Positions 26,851-35,676 of a DNA stretch of 64,000 nucleotides are shown in pieces. The notes below the pieces were generated by a model, which saw only the letters and a list, made by a program, of their open reading frames with translations, made no database searches and was not told where the DNA came from. A program made the position numbers and the translations under genes. Position 1 is the stretch's first letter; each line of letters opens with the position of its first letter. The stretch lies in the IMG/VR virus record IMGVR_UViG_3300009104_001827, positions 147,118 to 211,117 of that record, one strand, 5' to 3'.

Positions 26851-28437
26851 TTAATATGTCACCTTCACACTGTCCCGAAAAGCTTTCGCGAATCTCTCGC
26901 GGAGGCTCTCTTCAGTTTCAATGGATTCTCCATTGTTATTAGGAAGGCTTGCGTCTTCAGAAGTCGCTTGGTCGAGGGACTGCTCCACATCTGCGGTAGC
27001 CTCAGCCTCTTCAACAGCTTCTTCTTTAACGCTTTCTTCGGTAGTAGCCTTAGATTCCAATCTCTTGGTAACTTCGGCCTCGATCTTGGCTTCCATTTCG
27101 TCGGCCAATTTTTGTAAATACTCTTTATTCTTTGTCTTGAATAATACCGCAAGCTTTTCTTGATATTCTGCGAAAGCTTCGTCGGCTAGATCCAGAGAAG
27201 AAACTTCCGATGCGACGATCTTCTTGTCTTCGCTGTCAAGCTCATACAATTCCTCAATCGCCTCCATACGGGAATCAAATCTCGCACGCGCTTCTCTTTC
27301 AGCATTCTCTTCCTCGAGACCTTCTAGCTTGGTTTCGGTTTCGGTAAGCTTCTCCTGAAGTTCCGAGAGTGTTTTTGCCAGCTCATCTTTCTGAGTCTGG
27401 GCTTCGGCTTGGTCAGCTTTTGCTTGTTCGATCTGGTCGACATACTCTTGGCTTTTCTCGCGAATGGCGTCATGAAAAACCTTAGTAATGTTGGCAATAG
27501 CTTCATCCGAAAAGTCCTTCGCAGCCGCCTTTTCAGAAAGGAGCTGTTCAATATCTTTTAATAGTTCTTGCTTTTCCATAGTATTAAGAAAAAATTCGTG
27601 GTCAGATTGTATTACATTAGTGGATTCTAAATGAGAACTTTTTTCTTTATCAGTATAATGCTCCCTAACGCGTTGATCGTCAACTTTTTCTTTATCCTCC
27701 GCCAAAGATTCTTTAGTTAGGACTCCAGTAACATCTGCTGCGGGGGTATTAGTGAACCCTATCCCCAAGGGGTATATCTCACCAACAATAAGCCTATTGA
27801 CCTTTTGCCCATCTTCAAGTTCGCCGCTACCACCAAATGATTTTAAATGAGGGGTCAAGGCTTCCACCTCAGCAGGATCAGTAATAACCTCCGAGTCCCC
27901 AATGTTACCGTTGCCGACGGCAACAGCAAATTCGTTAAAGCCTATCTCCCAACTTGCGGAAACACTATTATATGATTCGCTTTCAGGATCAGAAGAAGCG
28001 AGCAGTACATCCGCAAACTCCGGCGACGCAGTCTTATATACTACTGCCCCCAAAGATATGTTGAACGGATCGCTTGAGCTTGCATCCACTTCGCTTAAGA
28101 TTTCTCCCTCACCCTTGTACTCGGAAAACTCTGCAGACACGATATGGCCAACGATATTGTCCTTTTGGTGTTCTATGTTTGTGGGCTTATGAATAAAATA
28201 ATCCTTAATTGCCATCGCCGACATAGTGTCAATCCCATCCCCGTTTTGATTAAATTTATTAACCACCGCAGCATTAAATGCCACACCGACCAGATCGATA
28301 TTTCTGTCTAGATCTATACTATCCGGAATTAATTCCTTAAGGGGCTCAAGCGATGCAGTCGAAATATTCATGTCCTCAACAACAGAAGAGGCAGTAACAA
28401 CGCTTTTGAATTTTGCAGTATATTTAAATTTTTCCAT
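26851..28437 (-). CDS. Prohead protease-scaffold fusion
   Basis: N-terminal NQNGDGI, KPTNIEH, IVGHI, SASWEI, GIGFTNTPA; acidic coiled-coil C-terminal half. Confidence 0.75.
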   Translation of the reverse strand: MEKFKYTAKFKSVVTASSVVEDMNISTASLEPLKELIPDSIDLDRNIDLVGVAFNAAVVNKFNQNGDGIDTMSAMAIKDYFIHKPTNIEHQKDNIVGHIVSAEFSEYKGEGEILSEVDASSSDPFNISLGAVVYKTASPEFADVLLASSDPESESYNSVSASWEIGFNEFAVAVGNGNIGDSEVITDPAEVEALTPHLKSFGGSGELEDGQKVNRLIVGEIYPLGIGFTNTPAADVTGVLTKESLAEDKEKVDDQRVREHYTDKEKSSHLESTNVIQSDHEFFLNTMEKQELLKDIEQLLSEKAAAKDFSDEAIANITKVFHDAIREKSQEYVDQIEQAKADQAEAQTQKDELAKTLSELQEKLTETETKLEGLEEENAEREARARFDSRMEAIEELYELDSEDKKIVASEVSSLDLADEAFAEYQEKLAVLFKTKNKEYLQKLADEMEAKIEAEVTKRLESKATTEESVKEEAVEEAEATADVEQSLDQATSEDASLPNNNGESIETEESLRERFAKAFRDSVKVTY

Positions 28438-28455
28438 AACTCTTTAGAATAATCT

Positions 28456-28460
28456 TACAC
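28456..28460 (-). promoter_or_regulatory. GTGTA motif upstream of the head operon
   Basis: Minus strand GTGTAAGATTATTCTAAAGAGTT-ATG(28437). Confidence 0.55.
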
Positions 28461-28482
28461 TTATTATATTTCTTCGAGAAAA

Positions 28483-30354
28483 CTACCCGATAAACATCGG
28501 AGTAAAAGTAGATTGGACATTATCTGCCTCAAGCTCCGTCATATCATAATATATCTTAATCATCCAATTACCAAGTACTAACGCAGAATACGAGTCTTTC
28601 CTTGCTTTCTCGGGCCCGCTTTGCCTTCGCAGGTTGTCCGGAAGATCAAAGGTTTGCGTCCCTTGTGGAGAAGTCTTGATTTGGATTAGTGCGCATTCGG
28701 ATTTAGTAAGATCTACCATATCGGTTTGATGCTCCACAAAGTCTATCATTTTTGCGGAGTCAGATTGCCGGGATTCAGACTCTGCAGTTCTTAAGAATTT
28801 GATTTTCTTAATTGGAATCTTCTTCCTCCTTTGCTCATGATACGCGTCATCCGTGGCCCTTGCGCCGAACCATATACGCTTATGATCGAAATTCGCTTGA
28901 AGTAATTCGTTGGCTATGCGAATCCATGATGAACTAGGTTTTCTTAAATAACAAATTACATTAGCTTCCGGATCGTACTCTCTCTTCGCCGCGAGCAAAT
29001 CATCCCGGTAATCTTCTTGCTTATCAAAATTAGGGCTCATAAGTCCAATCTTTCTCTTTTTCTTCTTAAACACACTACTTTCATTTACGGCATTAATAAA
29101 CTGAAGCCCGCCATTATAATCCCCAACTATGCAAACTATGTTAAAATTACTTAATATATAATCAAAATAATCTATATGTTGCTTTAGATTTGTTCCGGAC
29201 AGCGCATATCCATGGACCATAGTGCCCAATCTTTTATTGTCGTCTAGTTTAAATACCGTCATAGCAAAGTCGTCAGAACTTTCCGACTCGGCCCAGCTGG
29301 GGTCAAACGCTAAAAGGTACTTTGCCCCAACCTCCCCTTTTACCTCAACTGAAGGGGAGCCTCCATCCGAAACAGTACATTCAGACATCCTTGAAGTTTT
29401 AAAGTATCCGCTGCTGTCGTCTGTAAATATGGCTCCGAACTCTCGCTCAAACTGACTATGGCTCATTGAGCTTTTTGCTTGATTAATGAGATTCTGATCA
29501 TATAGTTGCAACGGGGCGCAATCGTAACTGAATTGCATGATCGTTCTAGCCGCATTATCCCGCTCGACATCTTCAGATAGGATTAGATCCTCAAATTGAC
29601 TATACAGTTTATACATATACTCAAATTTATAAGAAGCGGAGGATAACATGATTAGCTTATTGTTGGGCCACTGATGCCGGTCTTCCTCCTTCATTTTCCC
29701 TTCCTCTATTAAGCTGGTCTCTAACTTATACAGGTCGTCTCTTTGCGTTGGGTTTTCTACAACAGAAAGAAAGGGAACTATAACTTCATTATAAATCCTC
29801 TCAGGCATAAGGGCAAACTCATCGATTATAATCCTATGAAACCTAAAGCCCCGAAGCTTTTCTCCGTCTCCCAAGGGAAGGGCTCGAATCCTAGAGTCTC
29901 CTATCTCCATAAGCCACTCATCATTACTCTTGGATTTCCTTGTGATACATTGCGCCAGCAAAGCTGCTTCGGGCTTAGAGGCAATATCTTCAATTTTCTT
30001 AAATATCATTTTCGCCTGCCGAAAAGACTTCGAAAGTATTCCAATTTCAACCCCTTGGTTCATTATGGCGTCTAGAAATGCAAATATTCCTGTAGTAAAA
30101 GATTTTGACATCCCCCGGGACCAAACCCCCATAAAGTAATCGGTTTCAAACATGGCCTTGATTGCGGCGTGTTGAAAAGGAAAAAGTTTTATTCCTGAAA
30201 GTAGATCTGTAGCAAAAGTTACGTTTTCCCTTAGAAATTTATACAAGAGTATCCTCGCCTCTCGCTCCTCAATGAAACCCTTTTTATCTAAAAGAATTTC
30301 ATTAATATGAGGCCCCTTACTCTTTTTAAGTTGCTTTCCCGTTTCCCAGCTCAT
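28483..30354 (-). CDS. terL: Terminase large subunit
   Basis: LFPFQ, Walker A SRGMSKS, LRGFRFHRIIIDEF, SSAS, FEREF, nuclease AFDPS and RKDSYSAL. Confidence 0.9.
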   Translation of the reverse strand: MSWETGKQLKKSKGPHINEILLDKKGFIEEREARILLYKFLRENVTFATDLLSGIKLFPFQHAAIKAMFETDYFMGVWSRGMSKSFTTGIFAFLDAIMNQGVEIGILSKSFRQAKMIFKKIEDIASKPEAALLAQCITRKSKSNDEWLMEIGDSRIRALPLGDGEKLRGFRFHRIIIDEFALMPERIYNEVIVPFLSVVENPTQRDDLYKLETSLIEEGKMKEEDRHQWPNNKLIMLSSASYKFEYMYKLYSQFEDLILSEDVERDNAARTIMQFSYDCAPLQLYDQNLINQAKSSMSHSQFEREFGAIFTDDSSGYFKTSRMSECTVSDGGSPSVEVKGEVGAKYLLAFDPSWAESESSDDFAMTVFKLDDNKRLGTMVHGYALSGTNLKQHIDYFDYILSNFNIVCIVGDYNGGLQFINAVNESSVFKKKKRKIGLMSPNFDKQEDYRDDLLAAKREYDPEANVICYLRKPSSSWIRIANELLQANFDHKRIWFGARATDDAYHEQRRKKIPIKKIKFLRTAESESRQSDSAKMIDFVEHQTDMVDLTKSECALIQIKTSPQGTQTFDLPDNLRRQSGPEKARKDSYSALVLGNWMIKIYYDMTELEADNVQSTFTPMFIG

Positions 30355-31261
30355 TTTTATCTATATAGTATTGTAAGTCTACGCCCCACAGCGCCTCTCC
30401 TAGTTTTAATATTTTTGGAATAATTAACTCCGAGGCCTCCCTGCTCCCGGAAAAAACGAATTGACATGTGTCAGCAAAATCATGAGCCAAAACCCTCATG
30501 TTATGATAAATAAATTTAAGATTAGTCGAATGCGGGCCCCACCTGTTCTTTTTGTAAATTTCATTAATGGAGCTTTCTGTTATAATAAACAAATAACAAT
30601 CCATATCCCTTGCTCGCTCGAGCTCTCTCCTGAATCGGTCTAAATTATTTACGCTCAATGTCCCAATGAAGTCCCCTGCGCTTTTTCGGTCGATATAGGT
30701 ATAGTCATAATCACTTCCTGCTGCGGTATAGTCTCCGAAGTCAAGTTTCATTACGTCTGAATTACGGAAGCTCAGTGGCTTTTGTTCTCTTGTGTCAATA
30801 AAAATCTTAATATCATCAAGATCGACATCCCCAAACTCACAGGGAAGCCTTTTAGAAAATAAGGGGTCCACTCCAGCCTTCTGACAGGCCTGAGTATAGC
30901 TCCCAAAGTGATCGACATAAGTATCCACATCAGGAAGTTCAGCCAACCTTAACTCTACATGAGAAGGACCCCGCACAAGCTTTTTGTCACTTATCCTCTC
31001 CCGAAGCAACTTCAGAATATATTCCCCCACCTCCTTTTTTTCGTGAGACTTGCACCACTTAATTAATTGAGCCCTGCTATCAAAATCCTTACGGAAGTAG
31101 TCTTTTTTATTTTTAAACGGCAATGGCTCCCCTGTTAATTTATTCAATTTAGGAAAATACTTAGTATAATATTCGGCCATATTGGTGCCGTGTTGCTTAA
31201 GGTGACAATGAAGTCCCTTTTCGGAGGTAAAACCCTTGTCGCATATTTTACAATTAATCAT
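30326..31261 (-). CDS. ERCC4/XPF-family nuclease with N-terminal C2H2 zinc finger
   Basis: CKICDKGF...LHCHLKQH; IFIDTREQKP, LDFGDY, IDRKSAGDF. Confidence 0.85.
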   Translation of the reverse strand: MINCKICDKGFTSEKGLHCHLKQHGTNMAEYYTKYFPKLNKLTGEPLPFKNKKDYFRKDFDSRAQLIKWCKSHEKKEVGEYILKLLRERISDKKLVRGPSHVELRLAELPDVDTYVDHFGSYTQACQKAGVDPLFSKRLPCEFGDVDLDDIKIFIDTREQKPLSFRNSDVMKLDFGDYTAAGSDYDYTYIDRKSAGDFIGTLSVNNLDRFRRELERARDMDCYLFIITESSINEIYKKNRWGPHSTNLKFIYHNMRVLAHDFADTCQFVFSGSREASELIIPKILKLGEALWGVDLQYYIDKNELGNGKAT

Positions 31262-31929
31262 AACTCTACATCATATACTTTAAGGTTTTCCGCAGGCATC
31301 CTCCTCCGTTTCCCAAAGTATCCCAACCTTTGCCCTAGCCAAAAGACAATCAACGCGACCCTTGGAACCTTGAATATTTTTCCATCAGAATTCGTCACAG
31401 TTGGGACCTGGGAGTGCAATACCCGAGCAAGTAAGGTCCTCTCCATATCGACCATTTTACAGTCTTTAATTGAAATATTTCTCACCATCGGCCTATTCAC
31501 ATCATCGTAATCCGTCCAATTTCCCAAGTCAACACATGCCCCATCCCACCATTTTGAATAATCATTTATAAATTTACAATTCAATATAGAGATGTCCCTC
31601 GCGCCACCCTTTATGGTAATATGTTGTTTTGTGTTAGTTGATATAAATTCACAATTAACAAATTGAATATTTCCGCCCCGGACAATATCAACGCAGTCCT
31701 CCGTTCCCCCAATGATTTTTGAATCAGCAATATAAACATCATAGCAAAAAGACAGCTTAAGCCCCTCGTCGCCCTTGCTTCCGTCTATCACACAATCTCG
31801 AATTTCATAAGCAAGAGGATCCCTCCCTGGTCTCCACGAAAGCCCTAAAGCGGAAGTGTCATTAAATTTATCAACCCCCTTGGAGTGGCAATAAAATTTT
31901 TGTCCGAATATTTCTTTAGTAAACATCAC
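31258..31929 (-). CDS. Right-handed beta-helix (pectin-lyase-like) protein
   Basis: Repeating strands IRDCVIDG, IADSKIIGGTEDCVDI, NIQFVNCEF, DISILNCKF, NISIKDCKM. Confidence 0.7.
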   Translation of the reverse strand: MMFTKEIFGQKFYCHSKGVDKFNDTSALGLSWRPGRDPLAYEIRDCVIDGSKGDEGLKLSFCYDVYIADSKIIGGTEDCVDIVRGGNIQFVNCEFISTNTKQHITIKGGARDISILNCKFINDYSKWWDGACVDLGNWTDYDDVNRPMVRNISIKDCKMVDMERTLLARVLHSQVPTVTNSDGKIFKVPRVALIVFWLGQRLGYFGKRRRMPAENLKVYDVEL

Positions 31930-32984
31930 AGGGAATCAGACTTTGATATTCCAAGAACTCTAGCTTTCCAATCTGGCATTTTTTCCAGCTCATCCATTTC
32001 GTTGCTAATGAGCTTTTGTTGCATTTGAGCCATCTTTAACATGATACCCCTTTCCTCTTCCTCCTGAAACAGCTGCACTAGGTTAAGTATGCTTGCGTTC
32101 TTTGAAACCTGGCTTGCTATTCTTTTGGATCTGTCGCCCTGAAGCTTGGAGATTAAGGATTCCATTCTTTTTTCGCATTGATTGTATTCTTCGCTTTTTG
32201 TTTTTAGGATTTCAGTCAACCTAATGGTCATGTCTTGCTGCTCCTCCGCTTCATCAAACATTCTATTGAGTTTGTCCATTGCGCTTTGAATTCTTTTTAA
32301 ATGGATATAATCCATACAAACATTAATATACAGATTTATTTCGTCCGTGGTAAGATCCGGCTTATCCCAGGTAGCCCTAACAAATTCTGCCTCAAACAAA
32401 TTGCGGTCCTCAAGGCCCGTGTAAGTTTCAATTACCTGAAGAAACCGTGGTGCAGACATAAACTTCCTTAAAGCCTCTATGCATCGTTTGTATTGCACCG
32501 TCATTTTATCCTCGGAAATTTCGACGCCGACGCAATCCTGAATTTTCTTCATTATTTTGCTATCTGCCTTCGGAGGGGAATATTTAATGTTCATTGCGGT
32601 TTCATTTTTAGGAACATCTAAACCTTCCTCGTGAATAAAATCATGAACCGCCCAGAACTCTTTGCTCATGTGTTTTATTTCTGCCCCGGCAAATACGAGC
32701 CTTGCTAACGCCACGCTACTCACATCTGCGGCGGAGTTGTTTCGAATAAATTCCTTTTGCTCCTCTGTGAGCTGGATATCATCTTTTTTGCTAATGTGCC
32801 GAGTAGAATAGTCAATCCCCGCTTCCTTCATGAATTTTCTAACAAGTCGCCCCTCCCTTGTTCTGCCGTCAAGGGAGTCGTCCATAAAAACGTCTCTAGT
32901 TAATTTGGACAAATCTCCAATTATTGGAGCATTCTCTTTAATAAATGCCTTTTGATCTTCCGTAAGCTCCGGCAGCGGTTTCAT
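31926..32984 (-). CDS. Hypothetical protein (repeated N-terminal helical motif, C-terminal coiled coil)
   Basis: LTEDQKAFIKEN and LTEEQKEFIRNN repeat; ORF coupled to neighbours. Confidence 0.75.
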   Translation of the reverse strand: MKPLPELTEDQKAFIKENAPIIGDLSKLTRDVFMDDSLDGRTREGRLVRKFMKEAGIDYSTRHISKKDDIQLTEEQKEFIRNNSAADVSSVALARLVFAGAEIKHMSKEFWAVHDFIHEEGLDVPKNETAMNIKYSPPKADSKIMKKIQDCVGVEISEDKMTVQYKRCIEALRKFMSAPRFLQVIETYTGLEDRNLFEAEFVRATWDKPDLTTDEINLYINVCMDYIHLKRIQSAMDKLNRMFDEAEEQQDMTIRLTEILKTKSEEYNQCEKRMESLISKLQGDRSKRIASQVSKNASILNLVQLFQEEEERGIMLKMAQMQQKLISNEMDELEKMPDWKARVLGISKSDSL

Positions 32985-33765
32985 ATATAATAATTTCTCC
33001 TTTATCTAAAATAGACGCAGCCTTGTCTTTGAAAATTTTCTTTAAATTTTTCAATTGCTTATAGCCTGCTTTTCGACCCCTTTCGCTCGTCTTATACCCC
33101 ATCACCTTAGCGACTTCCTCTTCATCCATATGTTGGACGTAAAGCATATCGTAAACCTTGTATTGCTTCTCGGGCAACGCCTCTTTCATTGCCTTCGCTA
33201 ATTTACCCGCAGCCTCCTCAATGTCGACTTGAGTATCCTGTATGGAGCCAACCTCATGAGTGTGATGTTCTATGGTGACAGCCATCTTAATGTCATAGGC
33301 TGCCTTCTTAGTTTTGCTCCACTTTAAATACAATGGGCACTCGCTATCCTGTAGCCCGCTTGAGGTGAAGCCGCACAAACTGCCCGGGGTTATTCCTGGA
33401 TCCTTCCCGGATCTGGACTGATTAAAAGGGCAATTAAGGCAAGGTCGGACAAAATTAGAATAGTTATTACGCAAAATATTTTTCATTTGATTAGTAATAA
33501 TCTTATTGATCCACGGCCCTAGTGGGCGGCTCTGATCCCATTGGTCCCATTTTTTAAAAATATGAGCGCGTATAATTTGCTCTACATCCTCAAAATCAAA
33601 CCAGGACAGGGAGTCCAAAAACCACTTGCCCCGTCGCTTTCTTATCTCCAGATTAATGTCTTCGAATTTATCCTCAAAAGAGAACTGGGGAGCTTCACCA
33701 TCAAGATCCTTGTCTTTTGGAGGTTTTTCTTCTTTTTCTTTGTCTTTTTTTCTTGGGCGCTTCAT
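32938..33765 (-). CDS. Phage-encoded sigma70-family (group 4-like) sigma factor with Cys4 insert
   Basis: Region 2-like DFEDVEQIIRAHIFKKWDQWDQSRPLGPWINKIITNQMKNILR; CLNC...C...C; region 4-like ALPEKQYKVYDMLYVQHMDEEEVAKVMG. Start uncertain (ATG 33765 or TTG 33780). Confidence 0.75.
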   Translation of the reverse strand: MKRPRKKDKEKEEKPPKDKDLDGEAPQFSFEDKFEDINLEIRKRRGKWFLDSLSWFDFEDVEQIIRAHIFKKWDQWDQSRPLGPWINKIITNQMKNILRNNYSNFVRPCLNCPFNQSRSGKDPGITPGSLCGFTSSGLQDSECPLYLKWSKTKKAAYDIKMAVTIEHHTHEVGSIQDTQVDIEEAAGKLAKAMKEALPEKQYKVYDMLYVQHMDEEEVAKVMGYKTSERGRKAGYKQLKNLKKIFKDKAASILDKGEIIIYETAAGAYGRSKGIY

Positions 33766-34090
33766 TGGACGAATCTTCAACCGTTGCTTCCTCTATAGGG
33801 GGCAACAGGTCCCCTAAGCTTATCTTTCTATTCCCCAAGCCTCCTGAGGATACTTTACATTTAAAATCCCCTATTGTTGGGACTTCGTATATATCTGTAC
33901 CATCCAGCTCGTCCGAGCTCTCTTGGCGAAGGCGGTCGCCTTGCTTATTCTTTGCTCGAGAAACCGTTGTCCTTGGTTTAGTTGAGTCGCCTTTGCTTGA
34001 CAACAATTCTCCGCACTCCCCACAAAATTTAGGGACATCCATTGAGTATAGGTTTTTATGTCCACATGACTGACAATAAGTAAACGGCAT
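33701..34090 (-). CDS. Zinc-ribbon protein
   Basis: YCQSCG...KFCGECG at the N-terminus. Confidence 0.8.
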   Translation of the reverse strand: MPFTYCQSCGHKNLYSMDVPKFCGECGELLSSKGDSTKPRTTVSRAKNKQGDRLRQESSDELDGTDIYEVPTIGDFKCKVSSGGLGNRKISLGDLLPPIEEATVEDSSNEAPKKKRQRKRRKTSKRQGS

Positions 34091-34125
34091 ATACTATATA
34101 TAAGGCTTTTTTGTTAAAAAATCTA

Positions 34126-34722
34126 CTATATTAAATACCCAGCGATTAGCTTTGCCTGGTTTTGCATAAACTCTTCCGTCGTCATGCCCTCCACATCCCC
34201 AGGAAATGCTTCGATTTTTGAGATATAATCCACGCCCAATATTCCGATAACCTTACCATTTAAAGTCGTAATCGGAACATTATAAATTGCCTGCACACCC
34301 TTAGAGTTCAACAAGGACCTGAAACCGCTGTCTCGAATTTCATTAATATCCAAGCAAGAAAAAGACCCAACCGAGACTAATTCCGTAATATATTCGCTAT
34401 AGTTAGAAACCCTATGATCTTGAGAATGAATACATTCAGAGCTTATCCCCGCCTCCACAGTTTCGTGCGTACAGCTAAATTTTTGCTGGCCTCTTCCGGA
34501 AAAAAAATGCCCTCCATTATGAAATTCTAGAACGTAAGCCCTACCGGAGAACATCATCTGCTTAGTATACTTCAGTGCCGTATTAACGTTAGATCCCGCC
34601 CTTACGTGCCCCTCTACCGTATTCTTGTGGCGCTCAGACCATTTCTTTTTCGCCCAAACCCCAACTAAGGTAGCAACAGAAGACACGATAGTGGCAATGG
34701 CTGTGAGCAATTCAGTTTCCAT
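34126..34722 (-). CDS. Single-TM GAF-domain protein (holin-like)
   Basis: N-terminal TM; RAYVLEFHNG; GVQAIYNVPITTLNGKVIGILGVDY is a GAF-like C-terminus. Confidence 0.6.
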   Translation of the reverse strand: METELLTAIATIVSSVATLVGVWAKKKWSERHKNTVEGHVRAGSNVNTALKYTKQMMFSGRAYVLEFHNGGHFFSGRGQQKFSCTHETVEAGISSECIHSQDHRVSNYSEYITELVSVGSFSCLDINEIRDSGFRSLLNSKGVQAIYNVPITTLNGKVIGILGVDYISKIEAFPGDVEGMTTEEFMQNQAKLIAGYLI

Positions 34723-34727
34723 AATAT

Positions 34728-35042
34728 TTATTTACACTTACAAACTCCATTAATGCGCTGCTTTCTGTATACAAACGCAGATCCGAAAGTACATATAATA
34801 ACCGCTAATACAATCCATCCTAACCCAGATGTAGGCTGATCGGTATTAATTGATACAGAATTTGAATAGTACTCCTCCCTGTTTATTGTCCCATTTTTAT
34901 CTGTATCAACAGCTTCGAATGACTCTACTACATTTGGCACCGGAGCGGACGGTGCGGCGTTTCGACTTTTAAATATCTTCGGGCCACTACAGCCAGTGCT
35001 CATAAATATTAACAATATTAATAATATAATTTTATTCATCAT
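34728..35042 (-). CDS. Lipoprotein with EF-hand loop and C-terminal TM helix
   Basis: Signal peptide with lipobox STGC; DTDKNGTINREE; GLGWIVLAVIICTFGSAFVY-RK. Confidence 0.7.
   Translation of the reverse strand: MMNKIILLILLIFMSTGCSGPKIFKSRNAAPSAPVPNVVESFEAVDTDKNGTINREEYYSNSVSINTDQPTSGLGWIVLAVIICTFGSAFVYRKQRINGVCKCK
34733..34737 (-). promoter_or_regulatory. GTGTA motif
   Basis: Minus strand GTGTAAATAAATATT-ATG(34722). Confidence 0.55.
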
Positions 35043-35473
35043 CTCCTCCTACTGGGTATTGCATAAAAACCTACGACCATAAAGCATAGGTCTAAAAACG
35101 AAGAAAGCATAAGCCCCCCCGTAAGCCTCACTACATGAAAGTCCTCTCCTCCAAAAAACCAAGAAAATATACCCCACCTAGTGTTTTCGCCCTTAGGGAC
35201 AATAACATCATAACTAATATTTGGATTGTGAGCATAAAACAACATTAAATAACATAAAGTAAATGTTATAGACATAAATAATATTCGTCTAGTTATTTTT
35301 ACGAACGGATCCTTTGCTTGGGCGGCTTGACTTTTAATAGCCGCTTCAATCATCTTCTCATCCCTTGCGGCCAGCATGAGCTGATCTTGTCGCTTCTGCT
35401 CAAGCCAGGCGTTCAAGATGTTTGCTCCTATCTTGATTCCGGCGCCCAGAATAGTATTTAGAATTGCGCCCAT
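35039..35473 (-). CDS. Membrane protein, 3TM-holin-like
   Basis: Start ATG 35473 (TAATG overlap); amphipathic N-terminus, short coil, DPFVKITRR, two TMs, GFY..SRRR end. Confidence 0.55.
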   Translation of the reverse strand: MGAILNTILGAGIKIGANILNAWLEQKRQDQLMLAARDEKMIEAAIKSQAAQAKDPFVKITRRILFMSITFTLCYLMLFYAHNPNISYDVIVPKGENTRWGIFSWFFGGEDFHVVRLTGGLMLSSFLDLCFMVVGFYAIPSRRR

Positions 35474-35655
35474 TATTTTTTGTTTTTCCCTAGGTCGGCA
35501 AGCCCCTGGCCCAAGATATAGGCTATCATGGGGGTCACAATAGTCGTGATATGATCCGCATCCCAGCCCCACCCGAAATGGTGATTAAGCATAGGAACAG
35601 CGGTGGCCACTACGGCTGCCCAAAATTTCTTGCTGTGGTAGAATTGTTTTTCCAT
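35473..35655 (-). CDS. Small two-TM holin-like membrane protein
   Basis: SKKFWAAVV...AYILGQGLAD; SD AGGAGA. Confidence 0.65.
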   Translation of the reverse strand: MEKQFYHSKKFWAAVVATAVPMLNHHFGWGWDADHITTIVTPMIAYILGQGLADLGKNKK

Positions 35656-35676
35656 TATTTTTTCTCCTTATTAAAG

